Shown: positions 51,008 to 61,548, counted from the first letter of the stretch. The stretch is 64,000 nt of DNA from Parcubacteria group bacterium (GCA_003104935.1 PQAE01000010.1:77768-141767); one strand, 5' to 3'. Numbers and translations are program-made. The notes: generated by a model from the sequence alone, not told the origin.

Positions 51008-52165
51008 TTATAATTTCTCAGTTTTGATGGCCACTCCAATTTCTTTCATTAATTGTAAATAAAATTCCAAATTATTGATAGTGGCCAGTCGCAAAGCCAG
51101 TGGATCTTCGGATTTAAATAAATGGTGTAGGTAAGCGCGAGAGTAATTTTTTAAACTGCCCTGATTAATCGGTGTTTTGTCGGCTTTAAATTTACCCCGC
51201 GTAATTTGAATAGTTTCATAAAAACTATTTGCTCGAGCTTGTCGAGAACTAAATTTACCTCTAGTTAAACTTCTCGACTTTGACCCACGGTCTTGGCTCG
51301 AAGAAAAATTGTATAGCTTACCGTGTCTGGCTTCCCGAGTCGGAATCACGCAATCAAACATATCTATTCCCCTTTTGACAGACTCAATAATATTTTCCGG
51401 ATAGCCGACACCCATCAGATAACGCGGTTTGTTCTCCGGCAGTTCCGGCACAGTATAATCCAGGACTTTATACATCGTTTCATTTGGCTCGCCCACCGCC
51501 AATCCTCCTACAGCATAGCCATCAAAAGGAATGCTGGTCAGTTCTTGAGCGGAACGTAAACGAAGATCTCTATAATCACCGCCCTGCACTATGCCGAAAA
51601 GTAATTGCTTTTTTATCTTAGTAGATTTCTTATTTAATTTATTTTTGTAATCAAAAGCCAGCTGAGCCCAACGGCTAGTGCGCTCTACTGCTCGCAAAGC
51701 CTTGGCTCTGGTCGTGGGTAATTCCACACATTCGTCCAAGACCATCATTATATCCGACCCTAAGACCACTTGGATATCAATCACTTTCTTGGGATCTAAA
51801 GTATGATAGGCGCCATCCAGATAAGAACGAAAACGCACGCTATCCCCGATAATTTTCCGCAGATTAGACAAAGAAAAAACCTGGTACCCTCCGGAGTCGG
51901 TGAGTATGGGCAAATCAGTTTGCATAAAATTATGCAAGCCGCCAAATTTTTTAAAAACTTCTACGCCGGGACGAATATAGTTGTGATAGGTATTGGATAA
52001 TATTATTTGTGCCCCTAATTTTTTTAATTCCCCTGAAGTTAAACTTTTCACCGCCCCCTTGGTGGCGATAGGCATAAAAAAAGGAGTATCCACCCGGCCA
52101 TGAGCCGTAGTCAACACTCCTAATCTGGCTTTTGATTTTTTTGATTTTTTTAATATCTTGAACAT
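51008..52165 (-). CDS. tgt: tRNA-guanine transglycosylase
   Basis: TPFFMP, TDSGGYQVFSL, GIVQGG, YLMGVG, DMFDCVIPTR. Confidence 0.96.
   Translation of the reverse strand: MFKILKKSKKSKARLGVLTTAHGRVDTPFFMPIATKGAVKSLTSGELKKLGAQIILSNTYHNYIRPGVEVFKKFGGLHNFMQTDLPILTDSGGYQVFSLSNLRKIIGDSVRFRSYLDGAYHTLDPKKVIDIQVVLGSDIMMVLDECVELPTTRAKALRAVERTSRWAQLAFDYKNKLNKKSTKIKKQLLFGIVQGGDYRDLRLRSAQELTSIPFDGYAVGGLAVGEPNETMYKVLDYTVPELPENKPRYLMGVGYPENIIESVKRGIDMFDCVIPTREARHGKLYNFSSSQDRGSKSRSLTRGKFSSRQARANSFYETIQITRGKFKADKTPINQGSLKNYSRAYLHHLFKSEDPLALRLATINNLEFYLQLMKEIGVAIKTEKL
51229..51305. repeat. REP-like palindrome translated inside tgt
   Basis: TCGAGC/GCTCGA and GTCGAGAA/TTCTCGAC arms; encodes SSSQDRGSKSRSLTRGKFSSRQARA. 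Confidence 0.75.
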
Positions 52166-52201
52166 AGGGAAATTCCCCCTGACAAGGGGGATTTAGGGGG
52201 T

Positions 52202-53992
52202 TTACTGCACTATCCCAATCGGCTCCGTACTATTAGCCACCACGTCGGTGGTCTTTATTGCTTTAGAACGCAAGAATAAATCTTCGTCGCCTTTAGCCGC
52301 TATGCTAGTTTCATTAAATAAAGTCATGGCCGAACCGCGATTATCCTCGCTAGGATTGACCGTTATCATAAAAGACGCCGTCAAAGGCAAAATCTGACTA
52401 TTAAAATCGCCGATCTGCCAAGTTAATGTTCTTTTGGTTTCATCCCAGGCCAGTTCTCCGGCTTGCACATCAGTTTCCGACACAAAACTCACTCCCGGCG
52501 GCAAATTAGTCTGCACTACCACATTATTAAACTTGCCGGTCGCCTCGGCCAGAGACCAGACAGCCAAATACTGGGTTTCTTCTCCCACCTTGGGCGGCAA
52601 GATGCCAGAACCCACCCGGCGTCCGCCGAGATGCCAATACACTCCGTTGTTAAAGACCAGACCCTTACCCACGGTCAAAACTACCGGGCTGGAAACCTGT
52701 TGCCAGTCGGCTAATCCCTCAAGATTAATTTGAATGATATTTTCAATGTTGCGATCGCTGATTTTATTGTCGCCGACTTTTAGTTGCCAGGTAAAAGTGC
52801 GAGCCTGCCCGGTCGGCCAAACCGCCAGGTCCTGGTTTTCCTTCTGGGTCCAGACTATTTTTGATTCTTGGCGATTGCCGATAGTATCCAGAGATGACCA
52901 GTCCAACGCCGCACCGTCTAGTAGCGCCGTTACCTGTACGCCGGTCAGATCAGTGCCGCTATCATTGGTCACCTCCATCTGATAGCGGAGGACCTGCCCC
53001 CAATCTACGGATTGGTTATCGGTCTGGCCGTTAATCTGTAAATTAATAGTAAATTGAGGATTGAGTACGGAAAATGATTTTTCCAGACGAGCCAGGCGGC
53101 GGAACTTGCCCTCTACCATATTACCAATCTCGCCGACCAGGAGCTGGCTACTCTGACTCTCCGGTATAAACGACCCTTTCATAGTTATTGTTTTTTCTTC
53201 GCCCGACTCCAAACTAACTACCCAGTAATCGCCTTCTTTCTTGGGATCGACCGAAGTTATTTCCAGGTCTTGCGGATAAAGAATGTTTAAATTAAGATCA
53301 GTTAATTTCTCACTGGAAATATTTTTATAGTGAAACTTAATCTCGTTGGGAGTAGAAACCAGGGTCTTATCAAAAGATTCGATGGACAGCTCTAGTTTAT
53401 TGTCCGTTATCTTAGTGGTCACCTCGTTTTTTTCTTTAAAGTCGGAATGAAAATTTTGCGGCTGATATTTTAAATTAAACAAAGCGGATAAATTTTCATC
53501 TTTCTGCCCGACCAATTGTCCGCTGATTTTTATTTCTATCGAGCCGCCCACCGGTAAGTCGTCTAAAAACCAGGTTGTGGCATTACTGTCGCTCGGTTTG
53601 ATCGTAGCCTCGTCAAAATAAAATCCGCTGGGCCAGCGCACGCCTAACTCTACTTTTTCCAGAGGAACCTTATCCAAATTTTTATAACGCACTGTATAAG
53701 TCGCCACATCACCAGAGACCAGCTGATTGGGTCCGGCTACGCTAAGCTCTAAACTTTTTTTTACTTCCGGGGCCTGGCGGTTGGTCCAAAAAACAAAACC
53801 GGCGACCGAGGCTAAAAATAAAAAGAAAACCAGCCAGATCAGGCCGCCCCCTCTTTTGGAAGCGCGTTCAAAGGTCTGATACTCCTTAGGTACCGGACGC
53901 GACCCGTGAGTAAAAACCGGAGCTTCGTAAGAACTCTGGCGCACCGGAGCGCGACTGACCCCGTCTAAACTTTTTTTGGATATTTTAGCCAT
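52202..53992 (-). CDS. Membrane-anchored protein with tandem DUF11-like Ig domains
   Basis: TM helix; YTVRYKN, YQMEVTNDSG..L.GV, PPKVGEETQY..W, LPPGVSF. Confidence 0.7.
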   Translation of the reverse strand: MAKISKKSLDGVSRAPVRQSSYEAPVFTHGSRPVPKEYQTFERASKRGGGLIWLVFFLFLASVAGFVFWTNRQAPEVKKSLELSVAGPNQLVSGDVATYTVRYKNLDKVPLEKVELGVRWPSGFYFDEATIKPSDSNATTWFLDDLPVGGSIEIKISGQLVGQKDENLSALFNLKYQPQNFHSDFKEKNEVTTKITDNKLELSIESFDKTLVSTPNEIKFHYKNISSEKLTDLNLNILYPQDLEITSVDPKKEGDYWVVSLESGEEKTITMKGSFIPESQSSQLLVGEIGNMVEGKFRRLARLEKSFSVLNPQFTINLQINGQTDNQSVDWGQVLRYQMEVTNDSGTDLTGVQVTALLDGAALDWSSLDTIGNRQESKIVWTQKENQDLAVWPTGQARTFTWQLKVGDNKISDRNIENIIQINLEGLADWQQVSSPVVLTVGKGLVFNNGVYWHLGGRRVGSGILPPKVGEETQYLAVWSLAEATGKFNNVVVQTNLPPGVSFVSETDVQAGELAWDETKRTLTWQIGDFNSQILPLTASFMITVNPSEDNRGSAMTLFNETSIAAKGDEDLFLRSKAIKTTDVVANSTEPIGIVQ

Positions 53993-54716
53993 AAGTAAAT
54001 AATTTTAAAGCTTGCGATGGCCGATCATACACCGTCTGATAAAACAGCTGGGACAACCGGAGCCATTCTTTATTTAAATTTTTTTCAACTGCTATCTGGC
54101 CAAAGGCCTGCCAGTCGGCGCGTAGAATCAATCGGAGAAAGTCCAACATTTCCGCACTAAGGTGAACCGCGGCCTGATCCTGGTGAGTCACACATATTAT
54201 ACCGCGTCCGGGCACATATTTGCCAGAGTTAGTGATCTTGGTACGGCAGATCAGACACTCCTCCAGCTCCGGCCGCCAGCCGGCGACGGCCAAAAACTTC
54301 CATAAAAATATACGGACCATGAGTAGCTTGGTATCCGGCGATAATTTGTCATCATCGATCATGGTCAGGACATCCTCCAAGAGTTTAAACTCATCTTCTT
54401 TGCGGCCGCCGTGATCCTGTTCCAGAAAAAGTTCGGCTACCAGCGAGGCTAAAAATAAATTGCGCAAATTAGTGCGGATATTTTCATGATTTTTTAGGAT
54501 ATCCACGCCGGCCAGATGATCCATCCGCCCCCGCCCGATCATCACCCTTACTTTGGCAAAGGGTAATAGATGCCCCGATAATTTATTGCCGGCTTTAGCG
54601 GCTGACTTCAGCACAGCGCTGATCACTCCTTCCTGCGGCGTAAATAAATCATAGAGCCTATCCGCTTCGCGCCAGGTTCGGGAACGCAGTACAAATGCTT
54701 CGGTCTTAAAAGACAT
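53985..54716 (-). CDS. recO: DNA repair protein RecO
   Basis: EAFVLR....EADR....FT...G, GWRPEL..CLIC. Confidence 0.9.
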   Translation of the reverse strand: MSFKTEAFVLRSRTWREADRLYDLFTPQEGVISAVLKSAAKAGNKLSGHLLPFAKVRVMIGRGRMDHLAGVDILKNHENIRTNLRNLFLASLVAELFLEQDHGGRKEDEFKLLEDVLTMIDDDKLSPDTKLLMVRIFLWKFLAVAGWRPELEECLICRTKITNSGKYVPGRGIICVTHQDQAAVHLSAEMLDFLRLILRADWQAFGQIAVEKNLNKEWLRLSQLFYQTVYDRPSQALKLFTYG

Positions 54717-54728
54717 GGATTTTCTGAT

Positions 54729-57638
54729 TTAAGACTGGATTCCTAAAATTATTTCTTCCGCTTCTATTTTCGCTTCTTTGCAATGGGTAAACTGGCCGGA
54801 TTCTATAAAATCACCAGCCGAAGTATTACTGACAATTTCGGCCTTATACTTACTGATCACCTTTTTTAAATACGTTGAATGAGTCTGATACGTTTCCGTC
54901 GGACTATCGCTCGGCTGCAGTCCGGCTTCTTTGCGCAAACTGTTAATCTGGCGGATTATCTCCCGCACCACACCCTTGTCTTTGAGCTCTTCATTTATAT
55001 TAGTGTCAATGGCTATTTTCGCCATGACATATCCACTCTCATCTACGACCCAACCATCTGTAGCGGTGAGGTTTTCCACTAATTCAATACTTTCTACATT
55101 GACCTCCTCCTTCAAAATATCTTTATATTCATTTTCCAAATTTATACCCTGAAGTGTAATCTGCAATGTTGCTAACGGCTGTCTTAATTTAATACCCGCT
55201 TTAGCCCTTAAAGCGTGCCCCCTTTCCGCGATGTCTCTTATCACATTCATTTGATTTAATACTTTTTCATCAACCATACTTTCCTGATATTGCGGCCAGG
55301 ACTGCAAATGCACCGAAGTATTGACACCGGCAAACTGCTGATAGATAATTTCCGCACTCAGTGGCGCAAAAGGAGCGATGACTTTGGAAAATTCTACCAA
55401 CACATAAGCTAGGGTACTGGCCGCTTGTTCCTTGTCGGCCTGATCTTCGCTCTTAAAACGGTCGCGGCTACGACGGACATACCAAGTAGATAGGGCATCA
55501 ACAAAATCAATCAGCGGCCGAGTGGCCTTGGGTAGATTATAATCTTCCATCGCCTGTGTCACTTCCCGCCAGAGTAGAAAATATTTGGCTATAATCCATT
55601 TGTCCAGATGATTGTTTAACGTTTCCGGCAATGTCGGTAGCTTTTTATCCCCGAACATCAAATAAAAATTCAGGACATTTTGCAGGATCACGGTAAAACG
55701 ACGAAAGACCGTACTCAAATCTTTTTCCACAAAGGACAGATTTTCCGCCAACATGACCGGGGAAGACAAGAGATACAAGCGCAGGGCATCGGCTCCATAT
55801 TTTTCCATAACAATATCCGGTTCCGGATAATTGCTAAGCTTTTTGCTCATCTTTTTGCCGTCTTCGGCCAAAACAATGCCGTTGACGATAACATTCTGAT
55901 AAGCCGGACTATCTTTAATGGCGCCGGCAATCACATGTAGATAATAAAACCAGGCCCGAGTTTGGTCAGTACCTTCGGCGATAAAACGGGCCGGAAATTT
56001 GTTATCAAAAGAATCTTTATTCTCAAAGGGATAGTGTGCCTGAGCATAAGGCATAGAACCGCTGTCAAACCAAGTGTCCAAAACATCAGGAATACGATGC
56101 ATTGTAGCGCCGCAATGGCAAGGTATAGTGATCTCATCCACTACATTTTTATGCAAATCATTTATCTCCTGACCGCTGGCCTGTGATAATTCCGCGACCG
56201 AACCAAAAACTCGCAACTGTTCGCATTTATCGCATTGCCAGATAGGAATGACCGAAGCCCAAAAACGTTGTCGGGAAATAGACCAGTCCCGGGCGCCTTC
56301 CAACCATTTACCGAAACGGCCGTCTTTGATATGTTCCGGCGTCCAATCTATTTTTTCAGCGGTGCTTAATAATTTGTCTTTTATTTTAGTCACCGCCACA
56401 AACCAAGAAGTGGTCGCATAGTTCAATAACGGCGTATCACAGCGCCAACAATGCGGATAAGAGTGCTCGTATTTTTCCTTGGCAAATAAAAGCCCTTTGT
56501 TCGCCAAATATTTTATAATCAAAATGTCAGTAGATTGAACATCGTCTTTCGGCTTAACATTGAGCTCGGCAAAATCGCTAGCCTCGGCTCTGATGGTTCC
56601 ATCCATATTAACATGTTGGACAAAAGGCAGTGATTTTTCCCTGCCCAACCTCATATCATCTTCACCAAAGGCCGGAGCAATATGGACGATGCCCGTACCC
56701 TCTTCAGTAGACACAAAATCGGCGTTATAGATCTGCCAGCCATTTTTTCGGTTGGCTAATTTCGCATCAGCGGCATAATAATCAAACAACGGTTTATATT
56801 TTTTACCGACCAGCGTCCGACCCTTGAATTCGGCCAATATTTCCGGATCATCGCCTAACTCCCGGGCATAATTTTCCCAGAGCGCCTTGGCTAGTATATA
56901 TTTCTGCTGGCCGCAGATTATCTTGACATAATCTAAATCCGCCCCCACGGCCAGGGCTACATTGCCGATCAGAGTCCAAGGTGTGGTCGTCCAAGCCAGG
57001 AAAAAAGTGCCCGGCTCTTCTACCAACTCAAACTTCGCTACCAGCGACAAATCTTTTATGTCCCGATAACCCTCGGCTACTTCTGATTGCGAGAGAGTAG
57101 TTTCACAACGCGGACAAATGTGCATGGAGCGATAATCTTTATAAATTAATTCCCGGTCCCAAAGTTGCTTGAAAACCCACCAGACAGATTCCATAAATTC
57201 CGGATCCATAGTGCGATAAGAGTGTTCCATGTCCACCCAGCGACCTAGACGACGGATCGTACCCACCCAGGCATCGGCAAACTCCAAAACTTTGGAACGG
57301 CAAATTTCATTAAACTTGGCTACGCCCAATTTTACAATATCTTTTTTATTTTTAAAGCCCAGTTCTTTTTCCACGATGTTTTCGATGGGCAAACCGTGAC
57401 AGTCCCAACCCCAGCGCCGCTCCACTCGGTAACCTCTCATAGTCCAAAAACGCGGCACCACATCTTTCATGATGCTGGCCACCAGATGACCATAGTGCGG
57501 CAAACCGGTAGCAAAAGGCGGGCCGTCATAAAATAAATAATCTCCCTGGGGCGCTTTTTGCTGTAGAGATTTTTGAAAAGTCTGATCTTGCTCCCAAAAA
57601 TCTAAGATTTCCGGCTCTTGTTTTTTGAAATCTAACAT
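54729..57638 (-). CDS. ileS: Isoleucine--tRNA ligase (IleRS2 type)
   Basis: DGPPFATGLPHYGH, GWDCHGLP, WTTTPWTL, DWSISRQRFW, KMSKK, WYVRRSRDRF. Confidence 0.96.
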   Translation of the reverse strand: MLDFKKQEPEILDFWEQDQTFQKSLQQKAPQGDYLFYDGPPFATGLPHYGHLVASIMKDVVPRFWTMRGYRVERRWGWDCHGLPIENIVEKELGFKNKKDIVKLGVAKFNEICRSKVLEFADAWVGTIRRLGRWVDMEHSYRTMDPEFMESVWWVFKQLWDRELIYKDYRSMHICPRCETTLSQSEVAEGYRDIKDLSLVAKFELVEEPGTFFLAWTTTPWTLIGNVALAVGADLDYVKIICGQQKYILAKALWENYARELGDDPEILAEFKGRTLVGKKYKPLFDYYAADAKLANRKNGWQIYNADFVSTEEGTGIVHIAPAFGEDDMRLGREKSLPFVQHVNMDGTIRAEASDFAELNVKPKDDVQSTDILIIKYLANKGLLFAKEKYEHSYPHCWRCDTPLLNYATTSWFVAVTKIKDKLLSTAEKIDWTPEHIKDGRFGKWLEGARDWSISRQRFWASVIPIWQCDKCEQLRVFGSVAELSQASGQEINDLHKNVVDEITIPCHCGATMHRIPDVLDTWFDSGSMPYAQAHYPFENKDSFDNKFPARFIAEGTDQTRAWFYYLHVIAGAIKDSPAYQNVIVNGIVLAEDGKKMSKKLSNYPEPDIVMEKYGADALRLYLLSSPVMLAENLSFVEKDLSTVFRRFTVILQNVLNFYLMFGDKKLPTLPETLNNHLDKWIIAKYFLLWREVTQAMEDYNLPKATRPLIDFVDALSTWYVRRSRDRFKSEDQADKEQAASTLAYVLVEFSKVIAPFAPLSAEIIYQQFAGVNTSVHLQSWPQYQESMVDEKVLNQMNVIRDIAERGHALRAKAGIKLRQPLATLQITLQGINLENEYKDILKEEVNVESIELVENLTATDGWVVDESGYVMAKIAIDTNINEELKDKGVVREIIRQINSLRKEAGLQPSDSPTETYQTHSTYLKKVISKYKAEIVSNTSAGDFIESGQFTHCKEAKIEAEEIILGIQS

Positions 57639-57695
57639 TTCTAAAATTGATTAATGAAAAGTTATTTTAACCCAAAATAGCGGCTTTGACAATCT

Positions 57696-57887
57696 TTAAA
57701 AAAACAGGGAATAAATATATTGCCACCATCTTTTTTTTATCCGCTTGGGCGGTCTGGCCCGATAGACCTTATCACGTTGATAAGTAATCAGGTGCAAGGT
57801 GTCTGTTTTCTTCCGCATAAAACTCGATTTAGTGTTTTTATCTATAAATCCCGCCGCCTGCCCGACCGATGTCTTGGTCCTTAGCAT
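57696..57887 (-). CDS. Small basic hypothetical protein
   Basis: 63-aa ORF between the MerR gene and ileS, same strand. Confidence 0.4.
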   Translation of the reverse strand: MLRTKTSVGQAAGFIDKNTKSSFMRKKTDTLHLITYQRDKVYRARPPKRIKKRWWQYIYSLFF

Positions 57888-57921
57888 GGTGGGGCCAAAA
57901 CCGCCGGCAGGCGGAGGGTGT

Positions 57922-58170
57922 TTATATTTTCTTTTTTATCTCTGCGATGCTTAACCTCTTTTGCCGCTGGAGATATTCGATCTTGCGCAAAATGGCCAAG
58001 GCCTGTTCCGGCCGGTATAACCGGTAGCCGCCCTGACTCCGTCCGGCCGAGGGCAGGATGCCTTCGCGGGTATAATAATTTATCGTGGACGGCAAAACCG
58101 AAAATCGCTTGGCCAACTGACCAATCTTGAGTAGCCCTTCGGGTATAGATTTCGGCCTCCTCTTTTGCAT
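57922..58170 (-). CDS. MerR-family HTH protein (DNA-binding domain only)
   Basis: LKIGQLAK...V..STINYY.REG.L....RS.GGYRLY...LSIAEIK. Confidence 0.88.
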   Translation of the reverse strand: MQKRRPKSIPEGLLKIGQLAKRFSVLPSTINYYTREGILPSAGRSQGGYRLYRPEQALAILRKIEYLQRQKRLSIAEIKKKI

Positions 58171-58377
58171 AAAACCTTTAGAGATTGCGTAAAAATAAAT
58201 CTAACCACTAAAAATGCCTCTCCCCGCTCTCTAACGAGGCAAAGATGCGCCTTAATTATAAAGTATAAAGTATAAAGTGTAAAGTGGTACTTATTACGTT
58301 ATAGTTTACTAGACAATTAAAAAACGCCACTCGAAGCTTTAGCCTAGGGTGGCGGGTCTAATTTATAATTCTGGTTC

Positions 58378-58911
58378 TTAATTCTTATTTAAACGGTCTA
58401 TTTCTTTGAGAATCAGGGAGTCGCTATTTAATCCCTCGATCGCCACCACTTTTTGCCGGTTAATCTGCAAATAGCCCTCGGGCTTATAGGGGGCGTCGGT
58501 CCGCTTGATTAGAACCGGAACACTCACTTGCTGGACCTCCTGTCCCGACACCGTCGAGGTGACTGTCTGTTCCCTGGTCTCCACATAGTAGACATCGTCC
58601 AAGTAAATATTGAGATTGTCTTCCTTGGCTACTTTAGCATAATAGATCTGTCCGTTGTCCAAATAGACGGCTTTAAACTGTGTGGAATTCACGGAAGAGC
58701 TTTTAAATTTGAAGGTATAAATCACTAGGGCACCCAGAATCAAAATAATAATCAGCATCAGCAATACTACGGGGCCGGAATTGCGACGGCTAATTGGCTG
58801 GGGTGACTGACTGACAAATTGTTCAAACTCCCAAAGATTATCGGCTGTTTTAGCCGGTTTGGCCTTGGGAGTTGTGTTTTTGCCAGCGATCACAGGATTA
58901 ACTTTAGGCAT
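58378..58911 (-). CDS. Single-TM hypothetical protein
   Basis: TM helix then FKAVYLDNGQIYY, LDDVYY, INRQKV..IE.L..DS. Confidence 0.75.
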   Translation of the reverse strand: MPKVNPVIAGKNTTPKAKPAKTADNLWEFEQFVSQSPQPISRRNSGPVVLLMLIIILILGALVIYTFKFKSSSVNSTQFKAVYLDNGQIYYAKVAKEDNLNIYLDDVYYVETREQTVTSTVSGQEVQQVSVPVLIKRTDAPYKPEGYLQINRQKVVAIEGLNSDSLILKEIDRLNKN

Positions 58912-59098
58912 AAAATAATTCTTTTAAAAATTATTAGCCTCTACATCATAGCAATTTAAAATAAGTTAGTAAACCCATCGGTCAATTTTACAAAAAATGG
59001 CGGCTGTATTATGATTATCTTAATTTACAATTTAAAATCAAAGCTCCTAAAATTATGCAAATATTACACTATGTAAATAAACATTAACGCTCAATACA

Positions 59099-60244
59099 AT
59101 GGAAGAAAAGAAGCCCGCCCGAGGCGGGTCCGCACCTCGCTACGGCGCGGGCGGAAAAAGCGATTGGAACTGGAATTATTTTTTGTTCTTTTTATCTAAA
59201 ATACCGGGCCTGAGTCCGCACCGTCTCAGTAATCTGCTAAACGAACACCCTGATCTCTATGCTCTGTATCAAAAAACAACCAGCCCTGATGAAACGGACA
59301 ATAAAAAAATTAATTTAATTGCTCGCTATCTGGCTGACAATATCTTTGTCCGCCGTTGTCAAGGAGAATTTGCCCAGATCCAGGACAAATATCTGACTAT
59401 CGTTGATGAGCTCTACCCTCCTTTATTAAAGAATATCTTTGATCCGCCGCCGCTACTATACTATCGGGGCAATCCGGCCATATTACAGGAAGGCCACTGC
59501 CTGACTATCGTCGGCTCCCGTACCTTGACTACTTATCACCAGACTATGCTCCGACAAATTGTAAGTCACCTGGCTCAAACGCCGCTGATTATCGTCAGTG
59601 GTCTGGCCTATGGCATCGATGCCCTGAGCCACCGAGCGGCTCTGGAAAACAAATTAGCCACGGTAGCCGTACTGGGCTCCGGGCTAGCTGACGCCGATAT
59701 CTATCCTTGCGAGCATCGGGGCTTGGCCAGAGAAATAATCAACAGTGGCGGACTGTTGCTCTCCGAATACCCCAGCGGCTCAGCAGTAATGCCTTATAAC
59801 TTTCCTTTGCGCAATCGCCTGCTGGCCGGTCTGTCACGCGCTACCCTGGTTATCTCCGGCGCAAAAAAATCCGGCACCCTGATCACCGCCCAAGTGGCCC
59901 TGGAAGAAGGCCGGGAAGTACTGGCTTTGCCCGGCCAGGCAAATATGAATCTTTGCTGGGGACCAAATAATCTGATCAAAAACGGCGCCGCTCTAATCAG
60001 CGACGGGGAAGATATTTTAAAAATTTTTAATTTAAATAAGACCAGAATTGATCAAGCTGAACCGAATCTAACTGATTCGCTGGAAATAAAACTTTTTAAA
60101 AAAATCAAATTAGAACCGCTCAGCTCCGAAGAACTATCCCGGCAACTGGAATTGACTCTGCCGGCGGTGCAAAGTATCTTGGGGCAACTGGAATTAAAGA
60201 ATCTGATCAAGGTCAATTTGTATAATCAATGGGAAATAAGTTAA
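59099..60244 (+). CDS. dprA: DNA-processing protein DprA
   Basis: YPPLLKNI.DPP.LLY.RG, IVGSR, VSGLAYGID, FPLRNR, SGTLITA. Confidence 0.95.
   Translation: MEEKKPARGGSAPRYGAGGKSDWNWNYFLFFLSKIPGLSPHRLSNLLNEHPDLYALYQKTTSPDETDNKKINLIARYLADNIFVRRCQGEFAQIQDKYLTIVDELYPPLLKNIFDPPPLLYYRGNPAILQEGHCLTIVGSRTLTTYHQTMLRQIVSHLAQTPLIIVSGLAYGIDALSHRAALENKLATVAVLGSGLADADIYPCEHRGLAREIINSGGLLLSEYPSGSAVMPYNFPLRNRLLAGLSRATLVISGAKKSGTLITAQVALEEGREVLALPGQANMNLCWGPNNLIKNGAALISDGEDILKIFNLNKTRIDQAEPNLTDSLEIKLFKKIKLEPLSSEELSRQLELTLPAVQSILGQLELKNLIKVNLYNQWEIS
59114..59155 (+). repeat. 42-bp coding palindromic element, copy 3 (PARGGSAPRYGAGG)
   Basis: CCCGCCCGAGGCGGGTCCGCACCTCGCTACGGCGCGGGCGGA. Confidence 0.9.
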
Positions 60245-61548
60245 ATAAAAAAATATTGGAAACCTACCGGACTGATATCGCCTACCTGGAAGGACTGATC
60301 AACATGCCGCGCCAGGAATATTTGCTCGGTGTCGGCGACCGGCAAATTTTACTGGAAAGATTAAGGAAATTTTTAGGGCTACTCGGGCACCCGGAAAATA
60401 ATCAAAATTTCATCCATATCACCGGTACCAGCGGTAAGGGTACTACCGCCAATCTCCTGCACCAGCTAATCGCTGATAGCGGACACCGGGTCGGTACTTA
60501 TACCTCTCCTTTTTCCACAACCAGCCTGGAAAAAATCCAGATAAATAATCATCTGCTTTCTCCGGCTGATCTCCATCGGATATTAAATCAGAAAATAAAA
60601 CCCGCCCTGGACAGATACCTGAGATTGTACCGTTTTGATCCGCCGTCTTATTTTGAGATTTTTTTGGCCCTGGCTCTGCTTTACTTTAGAGAAAATAAAT
60701 GCGACTGGGTCATACTGGAGGCTGGTCTAGGCGGCACTCATGATGCGACCAACGTCATCGCTCCACCCAAGCTGGCACTGATAACAAATGTCGGTCTGGA
60801 TCATACCGAAATACTCGGCCCGACCAAAAAACACATTGCCCGTGATAAAGCTGGCATTATCAAACCCGGTTGTAAATTTTTAACCGCGGAAAAATCACCA
60901 ACTTTGCTAAGGATATTTGCTCAGCGTTGCCGTGAGCGAAAAGCCAAAATGCTGTTGCTAAAAAATCTGACCGCACCTTATAAAAAAAGTCTATATTTTT
61001 CTACAAAAAAACAACAGTCCAATCTGAACCTGGCTCTCAACGCTATCGCCGCGCTCAATCTACATCCGCGACATCAGACTAAAATAATCAATAATTTTAA
61101 ACTTAGTTGCCGCCAGGAAATCATCCAAAAAAATCCCCTGGTCATCCTTGATGGAGCGCATAATAATGACAAAATCTCCAATCTAATTGAATTTGTTCGC
61201 AGACAAAAATACCAAAAATTGCATCTGATCACCGGCTTTGCTTTTAGTAAAAATTGGTCAAACCCTTTAAAAAAAATGCTTAAACTAGCCGACAAAGTTT
61301 ATCTGACTCATTTTTTGATTACCACTAGAAAATCGGCCAACTTGCATCGCCTCTATAAAACTACTGACCAGCTGGCTCCGCGCCTGCCAAAACAAATATT
61401 TAGCGACCCCTGGCAAGCGCTAGCCACGGCTTTGAAAAATGCCTGCCGCCGGGACCTGATACTAATTACCGGCTCTTTCTTTCTGTGCGGAGAATTGCGC
61501 AAAAAATGGGTCAGCGAAGAACAAATTATCAAAGAATTAAAAATTTAG
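60229..61548 (+). CDS. folC: Folylpolyglutamate synthase/dihydrofolate synthase family protein
   Basis: IHITGTSGKG, EAGLGG..DATN, DKAGIIK, LDGAHN, TGSFFLCGE. Confidence 0.9.
   Translation: MGNKLNKKILETYRTDIAYLEGLINMPRQEYLLGVGDRQILLERLRKFLGLLGHPENNQNFIHITGTSGKGTTANLLHQLIADSGHRVGTYTSPFSTTSLEKIQINNHLLSPADLHRILNQKIKPALDRYLRLYRFDPPSYFEIFLALALLYFRENKCDWVILEAGLGGTHDATNVIAPPKLALITNVGLDHTEILGPTKKHIARDKAGIIKPGCKFLTAEKSPTLLRIFAQRCRERKAKMLLLKNLTAPYKKSLYFSTKKQQSNLNLALNAIAALNLHPRHQTKIINNFKLSCRQEIIQKNPLVILDGAHNNDKISNLIEFVRRQKYQKLHLITGFAFSKNWSNPLKKMLKLADKVYLTHFLITTRKSANLHRLYKTTDQLAPRLPKQIFSDPWQALATALKNACRRDLILITGSFFLCGELRKKWVSEEQIIKELKI

Noticed and set aside
54729-57638. IleRS2 as an acquired mupirocin-resistance gene
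   Set aside because: Host-like composition and core operon context; most likely the housekeeping enzyme
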